Shown here in pieces: positions 34,904 through 45,778 of a stretch of DNA of 64,000 nt. The notes beneath the pieces were generated by a model. That model saw only the letters and a program-made list of their open reading frames with translations, searched no databases and was not told the DNA's origin. Source of the DNA: Myxococcota bacterium (GTDB lineage: Bacteria; Myxococcota_A; Polyangia; Polyangiales; Houyiibacteriaceae); NCBI GenBank assembly GCA_039177115.1, contig JBCDFZ010000003.1:18564-82563 (forward strand), in the 5' to 3' direction. Made by a program: the position numbers and the translations under genes. Within the stretch, counting starts at the first letter, position 1, and each line of letters begins with the position of its first letter.

Positions 34904-36766
34904 TTAGGAACCGATGACCCCGCCGTCTTTCCGCGTGATGACGATGGTGGCGTCGCGCGGCGGCGTCACGCCATCCGTCGGCGCCGGGAAGTTCGTCGCC
35001 GTCGGGTCACCGTTGCCCGGGTGCTGCGTGTTGATGAACATCGTCCGGCGATCCGGAGTCACGGCGATGCCTGTGATCTCATCGTCGGTGACGCCCGTGA
35101 AGATGCGCCTAATGTCGCCGTTCTTCGGGTTCGCTACGAGCATCTGGTTGTTGAGCTCGTCCGGCTGGCCGCCGTCGGTCTGAATGAAAATGCGTCCGTC
35201 GGGATCGGCCCAGAGACCGTCCGGGTCGGTGAACACGTTTTCCGTCTCACGCGTGCTCGAAGCGAGAATGAAGATGTCCCACTTGAAGGTGGTACCGGTG
35301 AACCGGTCGGTGTCTTTCCAGCGGAGAATGTGACCGTCGTTGTTCGGGGCCTCGGGGTTCGGCGCATTGGGCTCGGTGCGCTGGCTGTTGTTGGTCATCG
35401 TGCCATAGACCCAACCGTCGGGGGCCACGCTGATCCACTCCGGACGATCCATCGGAGTGGCACCGACGATGTCGGCCGCGATGCGAGCGTAGGTGAGCAC
35501 CTCCGCCTGATCGTTGAATCGGGTCGCGATCGCGGGGTTGTCGATGGTCAGCTCGAGCCACTCGCCCGTGCCGTCGTCGTCGAATCGCGCCACGTAGAGC
35601 TTCCCATGGTCGAGTGGGCTCTTGCCACGCGCGCGCATCGACCAAGCGTTGCTTTCGGACACGAACTTGTAGACGTAGTCGAAGCGCTGGTCGTCACCCA
35701 TGTAGACGACTGCGCGGCCGCCCTTGCCGAGGGTCACTGCGGCGTTTTCGTGCTTGAACCGGCCGAGCGCCGTGCGTTTGACGGGCTTCTTGTGGGGGCG
35801 ACGCGGATCGATTTCGACGACCCAGCCGAACCGGTTGTTCTCGTTCTGGTAGTCGGGGCTCGACAGATCGAACCGTGGGTCGAATAGCTCCCAGCCGTAG
35901 TTGAAACCGTCGTTGTCGAAGCCGTAGCGGGCCTGTTCTTCCGTAGGCTCCCAGTCGGGCGACGTCGCGCCGAAATAGCCGTTGAAGTTCTCCTCGCAGG
36001 TGAGGTAGGTGCCCCACGGTGTCTCCCCGTTGGCGCAGTTGTTGACGGTGCCCGCCGGCTCGTTGTGCGCCGCGTTGGCGAGGAGCGGGTGGCCTGCCAC
36101 GGGGCCGCTCACCTCTACCGGAGTGTTCGCGTGAATCCGACGAGCGACCTTGCTCTTCATCGTCTCCCACTGTCCGTTCTTTTTGCGGATCTCGACGATC
36201 GTCACCCCATGGGCGTGCTGCGAGATCCGGACGTCGTCGAGGCTCTCCGGCGTCGACTTGCCCATGACGCGCGGGTTGATCCCGAACTCGCAGTTGAGGC
36301 AGAGGATTCCGCGGTCGTTGCGCGGGTACCACCACCACCGTCCGCGCTTCCACCGCGGGAAGAACGTCATGCCGTCGTGGCCGATGCCAACCTGGTGCTT
36401 CTGGTCTTCGGCCTGCTGGGCCGCATTGCCGGGCCGCACCGGGTCGAACGCCGGACCGCCTGGAACGATCGGGTCGCCCCAGGGAATCAGCACGCTGTAC
36501 TCGTACTCCTCGGAGATCGTCGGCACCGGTCCGTTGCCCGCAGCGACGGGAACCGGGGTGAAGCCGATCAGTTCCTTGCGCTTTCGTCGCCTCCACCATC
36601 CCCAGGTTGCGGATGCGTCGCTGGAGGCGAAGAAGCTGGTGGCCGCAACAGCCAGGCTTCCTTTGGCAACATCACGTCGCGAAACGTGGACTTTGAGGAC
36701 GTCGGTGAACGGCCGGTTGTCCGACGGGTTCACGACGAAGTCGTCTTCTTCATGTTCGTGGGTCAT
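34904..36766 (-). CDS. phoX: PhoX-family (DUF839) secreted alkaline phosphatase
   Basis: ORF 34904..36847, trimmed to ATG 36766 (AGGAGC SD 7 nt upstream). TAT-like segment VSRRDVAKGSLAVAATSFFASS. Beta-propeller C-terminus: PDGRIFIQTDG...EITGIAVTPDRRTMFINTQHPG. Confidence 0.8.
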   Translation of the reverse strand: MTHEHEEDDFVVNPSDNRPFTDVLKVHVSRRDVAKGSLAVAATSFFASSDASATWGWWRRRKRKELIGFTPVPVAAGNGPVPTISEEYEYSVLIPWGDPIVPGGPAFDPVRPGNAAQQAEDQKHQVGIGHDGMTFFPRWKRGRWWWYPRNDRGILCLNCEFGINPRVMGKSTPESLDDVRISQHAHGVTIVEIRKKNGQWETMKSKVARRIHANTPVEVSGPVAGHPLLANAAHNEPAGTVNNCANGETPWGTYLTCEENFNGYFGATSPDWEPTEEQARYGFDNDGFNYGWELFDPRFDLSSPDYQNENNRFGWVVEIDPRRPHKKPVKRTALGRFKHENAAVTLGKGGRAVVYMGDDQRFDYVYKFVSESNAWSMRARGKSPLDHGKLYVARFDDDGTGEWLELTIDNPAIATRFNDQAEVLTYARIAADIVGATPMDRPEWISVAPDGWVYGTMTNNSQRTEPNAPNPEAPNNDGHILRWKDTDRFTGTTFKWDIFILASSTRETENVFTDPDGLWADPDGRIFIQTDGGQPDELNNQMLVANPKNGDIRRIFTGVTDDEITGIAVTPDRRTMFINTQHPGNGDPTATNFPAPTDGVTPPRDATIVITRKDGGVIGS

Positions 36767-36940
36767 CGAGTTTGCTCCTGTCACGCTTGGATCGTTCTTC
36801 GGATACAGCGGTGCCTCGATCGCCGCCGAAACTCGGCTGCGTATCACGTGGATTACGCGAAACCGGTCAGCAGCGGTGAGCGTTCGCCATCGGCCTGGTG
36901 GTGCTCAGGCCCGACGGTTGTAGCTCGCGCGCTTCCGAGA

Positions 36941-37084
36941 ACGCGTGACGTTAGAGTGACCATCCGTTGACGGGCACGAAGCGGTCACGCGTCGCAGCGA
37001 ACGCTCGAAAGGAACGCGATGCGCGTGCGTTTTTCGGAGGACGCCGGTTGCAACGACACTCATCCCGCGTGACGGCGAGGTGAC
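36941..37084. promoter_or_regulatory. Cluster of phased GTGAC/GTCAC repeats upstream of phoX (Pho-box-like)
   Basis: GTGAC occurs at 36945 and 36956, and again at 37069 and 37080; each pair is 11 bp start to start. There is also a perfect 9-bp inverted repeat, ACGCGTGAC (36941..36949) and GTCACGCGT (36984..36992). In phoX orientation the pairs read GTCAC-N6-GTCAC. Confidence 0.35.
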
Positions 37085-37110
37085 GTGTGTCCGAGGTGAG
37101 CGCTCCGTCG

Positions 37111-37974
37111 CTAGTCGTGACAGCAGGAGCCGGTGTCGGCCGTCGATGACTCGATTGGGGTTGCCACGTCTTTGGCGCCAGCACCGCGTCGCTCGGTGGT
37201 TACCCGAATACTCTCGCGATGCGCGGTGATGGCGGCGAGGATGCTGAGAGCGATTTCCCCGGGCGTCGACGCGCCAATGTCGATCCCCGCGGGACCGTCT
37301 ACCCGTGCCCAGGCTTCTGGCGTGATGCCCTGGCGACGCATGGCGCCGCCGAGCGACGTAAATCGCTTTGGGCTTGCCACGACGCCAAGATAGCTCGGAT
37401 CGAGTGCGAGGGCGCGATGCAGCGCCTCTTCGTCGAACACTCCGTGCGTGGCCACCACGATGGCGGCCCGATCGGGTTTGGCCAACGTCGCCTCTTCGAC
37501 CGACTCGACCACTTGAGCCCCCGCGAGGGGTGGGCGCTCGGTCGTATCGACGACCGACACGCGGTACCCCACCCGCACGCCGAGCTCCACGAGGGCCTGG
37601 GCAACGGGCGAGTTGCCGAACACCAAAAGCTCTCGTTTCGCAGGATGGGGTTCGAGGTAGATCTCGAGCTCGCCCCCGCTGTAACAGGTCATCGGAACGA
37701 CTACGAGCCCTTCGCGGCCGCTTGCGTGGACCGGCTCCGGCGTGATCTGTACGACGCGGCAGGCCCCGTCCTCGAACGCCAGCGCGGACTCGCGTTTCAC
37801 GGTGGGCTCAGCACAGCTCCCCCCGATCCAGCCGTGGACCACGCCGGCCTCCGTGACGACCGCCTTGTCACCAGGCTTGGCCGAGGTGGGCGCGACGGCT
37901 CGAATGACCGTCGCCAACACGTAGCCCTCCCCGCGTTCCTCGAGCGCTTTCGCGGTCTGGTACCAGTCGTGCAT
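37111..37974 (-). CDS. XdhC/CoxF/CoxI-family CODH maturation protein (full length, both domains)
   Basis: ORF 37111..38373, trimmed to ATG 37974 (MHDWYQTAKALEERGEGYVLATVIRA...). TATACT sits 6 nt upstream. Rossmann segment LLVFGNSPVAQALVELG. The C-terminus ends ...TADTGSCCHD. Confidence 0.75.
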   Translation of the reverse strand: MHDWYQTAKALEERGEGYVLATVIRAVAPTSAKPGDKAVVTEAGVVHGWIGGSCAEPTVKRESALAFEDGACRVVQITPEPVHASGREGLVVVPMTCYSGGELEIYLEPHPAKRELLVFGNSPVAQALVELGVRVGYRVSVVDTTERPPLAGAQVVESVEEATLAKPDRAAIVVATHGVFDEEALHRALALDPSYLGVVASPKRFTSLGGAMRRQGITPEAWARVDGPAGIDIGASTPGEIALSILAAITAHRESIRVTTERRGAGAKDVATPIESSTADTGSCCHD

Positions 37975-37980
37975 GTTCTC

Positions 37981-37986
37981 AGTATA
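37981..37986 (-). promoter_or_regulatory. -10-like TATACT, 6 nt upstream of the XdhC-like ATG
   Basis: The minus strand reads CTCTATACTgagaacATG, inside the 23-nt coxL/xdhC-like spacer. Confidence 0.35.
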
Positions 37987-37997
37987 GAGGCCGAGCG

Positions 37998-40432
<2,435 letters not shown>

Positions 40433-40436
<4 letters not shown>

Positions 40437-40921
40437 TCACCCCCTTCGGCGGCCTGGAGTTTCTCGGCGGCGTACTGAATCGCCTCCACGATCTTGTTGT
40501 ACCCGGTGCAGCGGCAGAGGTTGCCCGAAATACCGTGGCGGATTTCGTCTTCGGTGGGATTCGGATTTTCAGCCAAGAACCCCTTGGCGCTCATGATCAT
40601 CCCGGGTGTGCAGTAGCCGCACTGAAGCCCGTGCTTCTCCCAGAACCCCTCCTGGAGCGGATGCAGCTCCCCGCCCGCAGCGAGGCTCTCGATGGTTTCC
40701 ACTTCGCCGCCGTCGGCCTGCACGGCAAACACGGTGCAGCTCTTCACCGGTTTCCCGTTGACGATGACGGTGCACGCACCGCAGCTGGTGGTGTCGCAGC
40801 CGATGTGGGTTCCCGTGAGCGACAGATCTTCGCGGATGAAATGCACCAGAAGAGTGCGCGCTTCGACCTTCTTGGTGACACTCTCGCCGTTGACGCTGAG
40901 CGTAATCTCGTGGTCACTCAT
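40433..40921 (-). CDS. coxS: CO dehydrogenase small subunit, 2x[2Fe-2S]
   Basis: ORF 40433..41035, trimmed to ATG 40921 ([13 protein letters not shown]...). Cys motifs: [12 protein letters not shown] and CGYCTPG...CRCTGY. Confidence 0.9.
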
Positions 40922-41793
40922 CAGTTGCCTCCCTTGGCCCGGGCTACGGCCTTTTCGATCGAACGTTTCACCATGACGCGGGTGATGTCGCGTTTGTATT
41001 CGACCGAACCGCGAAGGTCGGCCGAGGGGTCGCACTCGGCAGCCGCAGCCTGACCTGCTGCTTCCATCGCTTCGGCCGTGGGCTCTTTCCCAATCAGCGC
41101 AGCCTCCGCCTGGGTGGCACGCATGGGCACGGCGCTCACGTTGGTGAGGCCGATTCGGGCGTCGGCCACGCTGTTGCCGTCGAGTCGGAGCTGCACGGCC
41201 GCCGCCGAGATCGCGTAGTCACCGACCTTGCGTTCGAGCTTGGTGTACGCACCGCCGGTGTTCGGGCCCGGTTTGGGGATCCGAATCTCGACGAGAATCT
41301 CGTCGTCGGCCATGGCGTTTTCGAAGAGCCCCGTGAAGAAGTCGTCGATCGCGATGGCGCGTTCGCCGCCCGGCCCCTTGGCCACCGCGGTCGCGTTGTA
41401 CGCGAGCATGGTTGCGGGATGGTCGTTGGCGGGGTCGGCGTGCGCGATGTTACCGCCGACGGTCGCCTGGTTCCGAACGAGCGGGTCGGCGATGACGACC
41501 GCCGTGTCATGCAGGAGCGTATAGCCCTCACGAACGACGGCCGAGTCTTCGAGCGCGTGTTCGCGCGTCATCGAGCCAACCGCCAAGTGATCGCCCCTGT
41601 CTTCGACGTAGCGAAGGTCGTCGAGACGGTTGATGTCGATCAGGACGGACGGAACCGCGAGTCGAAAGCGCATCGCCGGAATGAGGCTTTGGCCGCCCGC
41701 GAGGATCTTGGCGTCGCCCGCATGCTGCTTGAGCAGCGAAAGCGCCTCGTCGACAGACTGCGGAGAATGATAGTCAAATGCTCCAGGTATCAC
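40921..41793 (-). CDS. coxM: CO dehydrogenase medium subunit, FAD-binding
   Basis: [21 protein letters not shown]...[15 protein letters not shown], typical of CoxM and XdhB-type FAD subunits. AAGGAG SD upstream of the GTG start. Confidence 0.9.
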   Translation of the reverse strand: MIPGAFDYHSPQSVDEALSLLKQHAGDAKILAGGQSLIPAMRFRLAVPSVLIDINRLDDLRYVEDRGDHLAVGSMTREHALEDSAVVREGYTLLHDTAVVIADPLVRNQATVGGNIAHADPANDHPATMLAYNATAVAKGPGGERAIAIDDFFTGLFENAMADDEILVEIRIPKPGPNTGGAYTKLERKVGDYAISAAAVQLRLDGNSVADARIGLTNVSAVPMRATQAEAALIGKEPTAEAMEAAGQAAAAECDPSADLRGSVEYKRDITRVMVKRSIEKAVARAKGGN

Positions 41794-41814
41794 AGGCTTC
41801 TCCTTGCGTTGGCG

Positions 41815-42423
41815 TTATCGGGTCAGAAAATAGATCAGCGCGGCAATCCCGCCGAGGGTCAGCACGATGAGTGCAGTGCGCACCGGCGCCGGCATCAGGT
41901 CCTTTGCGACCTCCTTGGCGACCTTGGTCGCAAACTCGCTCTGGCTCGCTTGGATGACCTCGGCCTCTTCGCCCTCGGTCGTCGATGCACGCGCCTTGAT
42001 GTTGGCGTTGAGCCCTTCGAGGCTCTCCTTGATGATCGCTTTGGCAGACGCGTCGATGAGACGTTGACCGACACTCGCGATGCGGCCTCCAACCTGGGCA
42101 TCCGCGTCGTAGGTCATCGAGGTTTGCTCCCCTTCGGGAGTGAGGTCGACTTTGGCTTTCGCTTTGACGAAACCTGGCGCGCCCCTCCCGTCGACCACCA
42201 TCGTATAGCCCTTCTCGTCCTCGACGTCGGAGAGGGTCACTTTCCCCTGAAACTTCCCCTGGACGGGGCCCACCTTGATGTTCAGGACGCCGACGTAGGC
42301 ACCGTCGACCAGCTCGAGCTTGTCGCACCCAGGCATGACCGCAGCGAGCACCACCGGGTCGAGGAGCGAACTCCATACGTCCGCCACGGGCGCCTCGAAC
42401 TTATAGTCTCCTGCTAGCTTCAC
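41815..42423 (-). CDS. coxG: CoxG-family SRPBCC protein with a C-terminal transmembrane tail
   Basis: ORF 41815..42570, trimmed to GTG 42423 (GGGAGG SD). SRPBCC core: KLAGDYKFEAPVADVWSSLLDP...GPVQGKFQGKVTLSD. Tail: PVRTALIVLTLGGIAALIYFLTR. Confidence 0.75.
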   Translation of the reverse strand: MKLAGDYKFEAPVADVWSSLLDPVVLAAVMPGCDKLELVDGAYVGVLNIKVGPVQGKFQGKVTLSDVEDEKGYTMVVDGRGAPGFVKAKAKVDLTPEGEQTSMTYDADAQVGGRIASVGQRLIDASAKAIIKESLEGLNANIKARASTTEGEEAEVIQASQSEFATKVAKEVAKDLMPAPVRTALIVLTLGGIAALIYFLTR

Positions 42424-43579
42424 TCGAACCTCCCTTTCGCTTCGGGAGGCGCGACAGGTGGTCGCGAAGCTGCCGAAGCGAATCAAAGTTGTGGATGGGC
42501 ATGAAGTCGTCCACGAAGGGCAACACCGCAGCCATGCCACGGACCTTCGGTGCGTAGTCTCGCCCGCCAAGGCGCGGGTTCAGCCAGATGAGCCGGTAGC
42601 AGGCGCGTTGGAGCGCCTTCACCTCCCCGCGAAGCGCATCGACGTCACCGGTTTCGCAGCCGTCCGATACGACGATCATCACGGCGCCTCGTCGAAGAAG
42701 CCTCGGGCCCCATGTCCGACGAAACTCGTGCAGGCTCTCAGCGATACGCGTCCCGCCCGCGAAGTCTCGTACGTCGCCTGACACCGTATCGAGCGCTACA
42801 TCGAGGTTTCGCAAACGAAGCGCTTCCGTGACGCGAGTCAGCCGCGTCCCAAACACGAAGGCCTCGGTGTCCCGTAGCTCTTGGCTCATCCCGTGAAAGA
42901 ACTGGAGCACGATCCGGCTGTAGAGCTCCATCGATCCGCTGACGTCGGCGAGGAGCACGATCGGCCGGGGTTTTTCCTTTCGCTCGCGCCGCGGCAGCTC
43001 GAGCGTCACCCCGCCGAGCTTGCTTGCGCGCCGCAGCGTTTCTCGATGATCGAGCATGTGGCCTTGGTGACTTCGCGTGAGTCGATGGGTCTGCCGTTTG
43101 CAGAAGTCCCATCGGAGGTTTTCCATGGAACGCCTGAGGGCGCGCCGCTCTTCCTCGGCGAGCTCCGAAAAATCTTTGCGCTGGAGAATTTCGGCCGCGG
43201 TCGCCGTGTGGGTTCGGTCGGTGAGCTCGATCTCCTTGCTCTCTCGCTTCGCTTTGGCGGCCATGAACGAAACGAGGGTCGAGCGATGAAAGTCGGAGGG
43301 ACGATGTCTCGGCGCGCGCGGCGTCTTTTGCGGGCGCGCTGCGCCAGTATCGGTCTCCCAATACTCGGAGAACACGCGATCGTAGAGCTCGAGATGCTCG
43401 CGCCGGTTGACCAGCGTTGCGCGCCCCGCGTCGTAGACGTGCTGCCGACGCAGCGGCTCTATCCAGTCGAAAGAGCCGGCGAAAGTCGCGGCTTGATCGA
43501 CCCCGATCGGGAGTCCGACACCACGAAGCTGGTGGACGAACTCGACGATGCGGCGCCTCATGGAAGGCGTCGCTAACAC
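42401..43579 (-). CDS. coxE: CoxE-family von Willebrand factor A domain protein
   Basis: VWA/MIDAS segment IVLLADVSGSMELYS. CoxE-like N-terminus RRRIVEFVHQLRGVGLPIG. GTG 43579 has TAATAT 7 nt upstream. Confidence 0.75.
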   Translation of the reverse strand: MLATPSMRRRIVEFVHQLRGVGLPIGVDQAATFAGSFDWIEPLRRQHVYDAGRATLVNRREHLELYDRVFSEYWETDTGAARPQKTPRAPRHRPSDFHRSTLVSFMAAKAKRESKEIELTDRTHTATAAEILQRKDFSELAEEERRALRRSMENLRWDFCKRQTHRLTRSHQGHMLDHRETLRRASKLGGVTLELPRRERKEKPRPIVLLADVSGSMELYSRIVLQFFHGMSQELRDTEAFVFGTRLTRVTEALRLRNLDVALDTVSGDVRDFAGGTRIAESLHEFRRTWGPRLLRRGAVMIVVSDGCETGDVDALRGEVKALQRACYRLIWLNPRLGGRDYAPKVRGMAAVLPFVDDFMPIHNFDSLRQLRDHLSRLPKRKGGSSEASRRL

Positions 43580-43586
43580 GATACGG

Positions 43587-43592
43587 ATATTA
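43587..43592 (-). promoter_or_regulatory. -10-like TAATAT, 7 nt upstream of the coxE GTG (candidate internal leaderless promoter)
   Basis: The minus strand reads CAGTAATATccgtatcGTG, in an AT-rich patch. Confidence 0.35.
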
Positions 43593-43636
43593 CTGAGATC
43601 GGCTCGGCTTTCCTAGCGGTGTTTCGGCCGCCAGAT

Positions 43637-44446
43637 TTACGCACTGCGTCGGAGTTGCGTTTCGAAAAACGCGAGCACGCGGTCGAGCGCCTGCTTGGTG
43701 GGATGACCGTCGTCGTCGACGAGTTCCTCCGTCAGCACGCTGTGCGCCGTGCGTGTGAGACCCCACGGGTTGCCTGGGCCCGAATCGATCTCGATGCCTT
43801 CGAACCCCTCGCCGAGCTCTTCTTCGAGTCGGCGAAACCTGGCTCCTGGACAGGTCGCGTCGTGGCTGAAACGCAGCCCGAGAACCGACACGCCTTCATC
43901 GCGCGCACGACGTCGAATTACCTGCAGGTCCTCCGGAGAAACGTGGAGGGCACGTGCTCGCGATTTCCCAAACGGAAACGGGAGCGAAGGCTGGGACAGC
44001 ACCGGCGCCATGACCGCGTCGTCGACCATGAGCGCCAGGGCGAAGTTCCCGGTGAGGCACATGCCGAGGGCGCCGACGCCCGGACCGCCGAGCTCCGCAT
44101 GCACGTTTCGGCAGAGCTCGCGCAGCCAATCACAGATGGGGCTCGAGCCCCCGCCCTCGAGCACCCGAAACTCCCGCGAGATGCAGGCTCGCAGGATTTC
44201 GCGGCCTGCGTAGCCGCCGCTCTTCGGCTTGTCCACGACGCCGAACAGCTCGGGTAGGACCACGGTGAACCCGCGATCGCGAACGATGCGTGCGAAGCGT
44301 GCCACCGTAGGTGTGATGCCCGGGATCTCATGAATGATGACCACGCCGGGTCCCGAGCCGCTTCGCCATACCGGCTTCGTCGTTCCTTCGAACGTGATCT
44401 CAGTGCGATGGAAGTCGTCGGCGAGCGGGCGGTTCGGAGGCAACAT
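43637..44446 (-). CDS. Dienelactone hydrolase family protein
   Basis: Alpha/beta hydrolase with a Cys nucleophile elbow GMCLTGNFA and PGVVIIHEIPG. TAGCCT sits 6 nt upstream of the ATG. Confidence 0.7.
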   Translation of the reverse strand: MLPPNRPLADDFHRTEITFEGTTKPVWRSGSGPGVVIIHEIPGITPTVARFARIVRDRGFTVVLPELFGVVDKPKSGGYAGREILRACISREFRVLEGGGSSPICDWLRELCRNVHAELGGPGVGALGMCLTGNFALALMVDDAVMAPVLSQPSLPFPFGKSRARALHVSPEDLQVIRRRARDEGVSVLGLRFSHDATCPGARFRRLEEELGEGFEGIEIDSGPGNPWGLTRTAHSVLTEELVDDDGHPTKQALDRVLAFFETQLRRSA

Positions 44447-44494
44447 CGAGGAAGGCTACCACGCGACGGCCCTTCGCAAGAACGACCGCGGCGG

Positions 44495-45364
44495 TCAGCC
44501 AGCTTGCACCCAAGCAGGGTCGTCGACGAGCTTCTCGGCGAAACCGAGGTCTTCCTGGTTCTTCAGCAGCACCCCGAGCGTCTGGCGAACCTCCGGCGCC
44601 TCGAGCTCGGCGACCCCGAGATGCAGCAGAGCCTCCGCCCAGTCGAGCGTTTCGGCCACGCCCGGGGGTTTCACGAGGTCCTCCCGCCTCAGTCGCTGTA
44701 CGGCGGCAACCGCTTGCCGCCGCAGGTTCTCAGACAGCGCCGGCACTTTGGCTGCCACGATGGCGAGCTCTTTGTCGACACTCGGGTAGTCGATCCAGCA
44801 GTAGATACACCGCCGTTTGAGCGCGTCATGAACGTCGCGCGTTCGATTCGACGTCAGTACGACCAGGGGCCGATGCGCGGCGCGAATCGTGCCGAGCTCG
44901 GGGATCGTGACTTGAAAGTCGGCGAGAAGCTCGAGCAGAAAACTCTCGAACTCGTCGTCTGCACGGTCGATCTCGTCGATTAGGAGGACCGGGGCGTCGG
45001 TGCGATCGGGGTCGATGGCGCGGAGAAGCGGCCGCTTGAGGAGGTAGGACGCGTCATAGATCTCGCCCAGATCCTCGGTTTGCTTGGCCTGAAGCTGAAG
45101 CAGCTGCTTTCGGTAGTTCCATTCATAGAGCGCCTGATGAACGTCGAGGCCTTCGTAGCACTGGAGCCGAATCAGCTCGGCCCGCAGCACACGGCTCAGC
45201 ACGCGCGCAACCTCGGTTTTCCCGACGCCGGGGGCCCCCTCCAGAAACAAAGGACGCCCCATCTTCACCGCAAGAAAAACGCTCATGGCCAGGCTGGAGT
45301 CGGCCACGTAGCCCTCTTTCTGAAGCGCTTCCTCCACGGCGTCAACGGTTGAAAAGTCGACCAT
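44495..45364 (-). CDS. coxD: CoxD-type MoxR AAA+ ATPase
   Basis: ORF 44495..45970, trimmed to ATG 45364 (MVDFSTVDAVEEAL...). Walker A GAPGVGKT, Walker B VLLIDEIDRA. Confidence 0.8.
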   Translation of the reverse strand: MVDFSTVDAVEEALQKEGYVADSSLAMSVFLAVKMGRPLFLEGAPGVGKTEVARVLSRVLRAELIRLQCYEGLDVHQALYEWNYRKQLLQLQAKQTEDLGEIYDASYLLKRPLLRAIDPDRTDAPVLLIDEIDRADDEFESFLLELLADFQVTIPELGTIRAAHRPLVVLTSNRTRDVHDALKRRCIYCWIDYPSVDKELAIVAAKVPALSENLRRQAVAAVQRLRREDLVKPPGVAETLDWAEALLHLGVAELEAPEVRQTLGVLLKNQEDLGFAEKLVDDPAWVQAG

Positions 45365-45371
45365 CTCTTCG

Positions 45372-45377
45372 ACTCTA
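45372..45377 (-). promoter_or_regulatory. -10-like TAGAGT, 7 nt upstream of the coxD ATG
   Basis: The minus strand reads CACTAGAGTcgaagagATG. The same hexamer recurs at 45761..45766 and 47449..47454 on the plus strand, upstream of starts. Confidence 0.35.
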
Positions 45378-45466
45378 GTGCCTGATCCCCACCGAACGCC
45401 AGCGTTCTCCCGTGCGGTGCAGGAAACCCACGACCTGATAGGCTGCGCGGAGGAGGACGAACGCCC

Positions 45467-45763
45467 ATGGAACCCGATGACCGCACCAAGACCGAGCTCG
45501 AAGCCGCGGCGTTTCGCCGGCTGGTCGAGCACCTTCGCGGCCGCACCGATGTCCAAAACATCGCTTTGATGGAGCTTGCAGGCTTCTGCAGGAACTGCCT
45601 GTCGCGCTGGTATCAGGAAGCCGCAGCCGAGCACGGAGTCGACCTCGATAAAGCAGGCGCGAGGGAGATCGTGTACGGGATGCCGTACGACGAATGGAAA
45701 GCCAGGCACCAGACGGAAGCAACGCCCGAGCAGAAGGCTGCTTTCGACAAGCACCACAAGTAG
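45467..45763 (+). CDS. DUF1244 family small protein
   Basis: 98 aa containing FCRNCLSRWY. GGAGGAGG SD. Family assigned from memory. Confidence 0.65.
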   Translation: MEPDDRTKTELEAAAFRRLVEHLRGRTDVQNIALMELAGFCRNCLSRWYQEAAAEHGVDLDKAGAREIVYGMPYDEWKARHQTEATPEQKAAFDKHHK

Positions 45764-45778
45764 AGTCGCGGGCGATCG

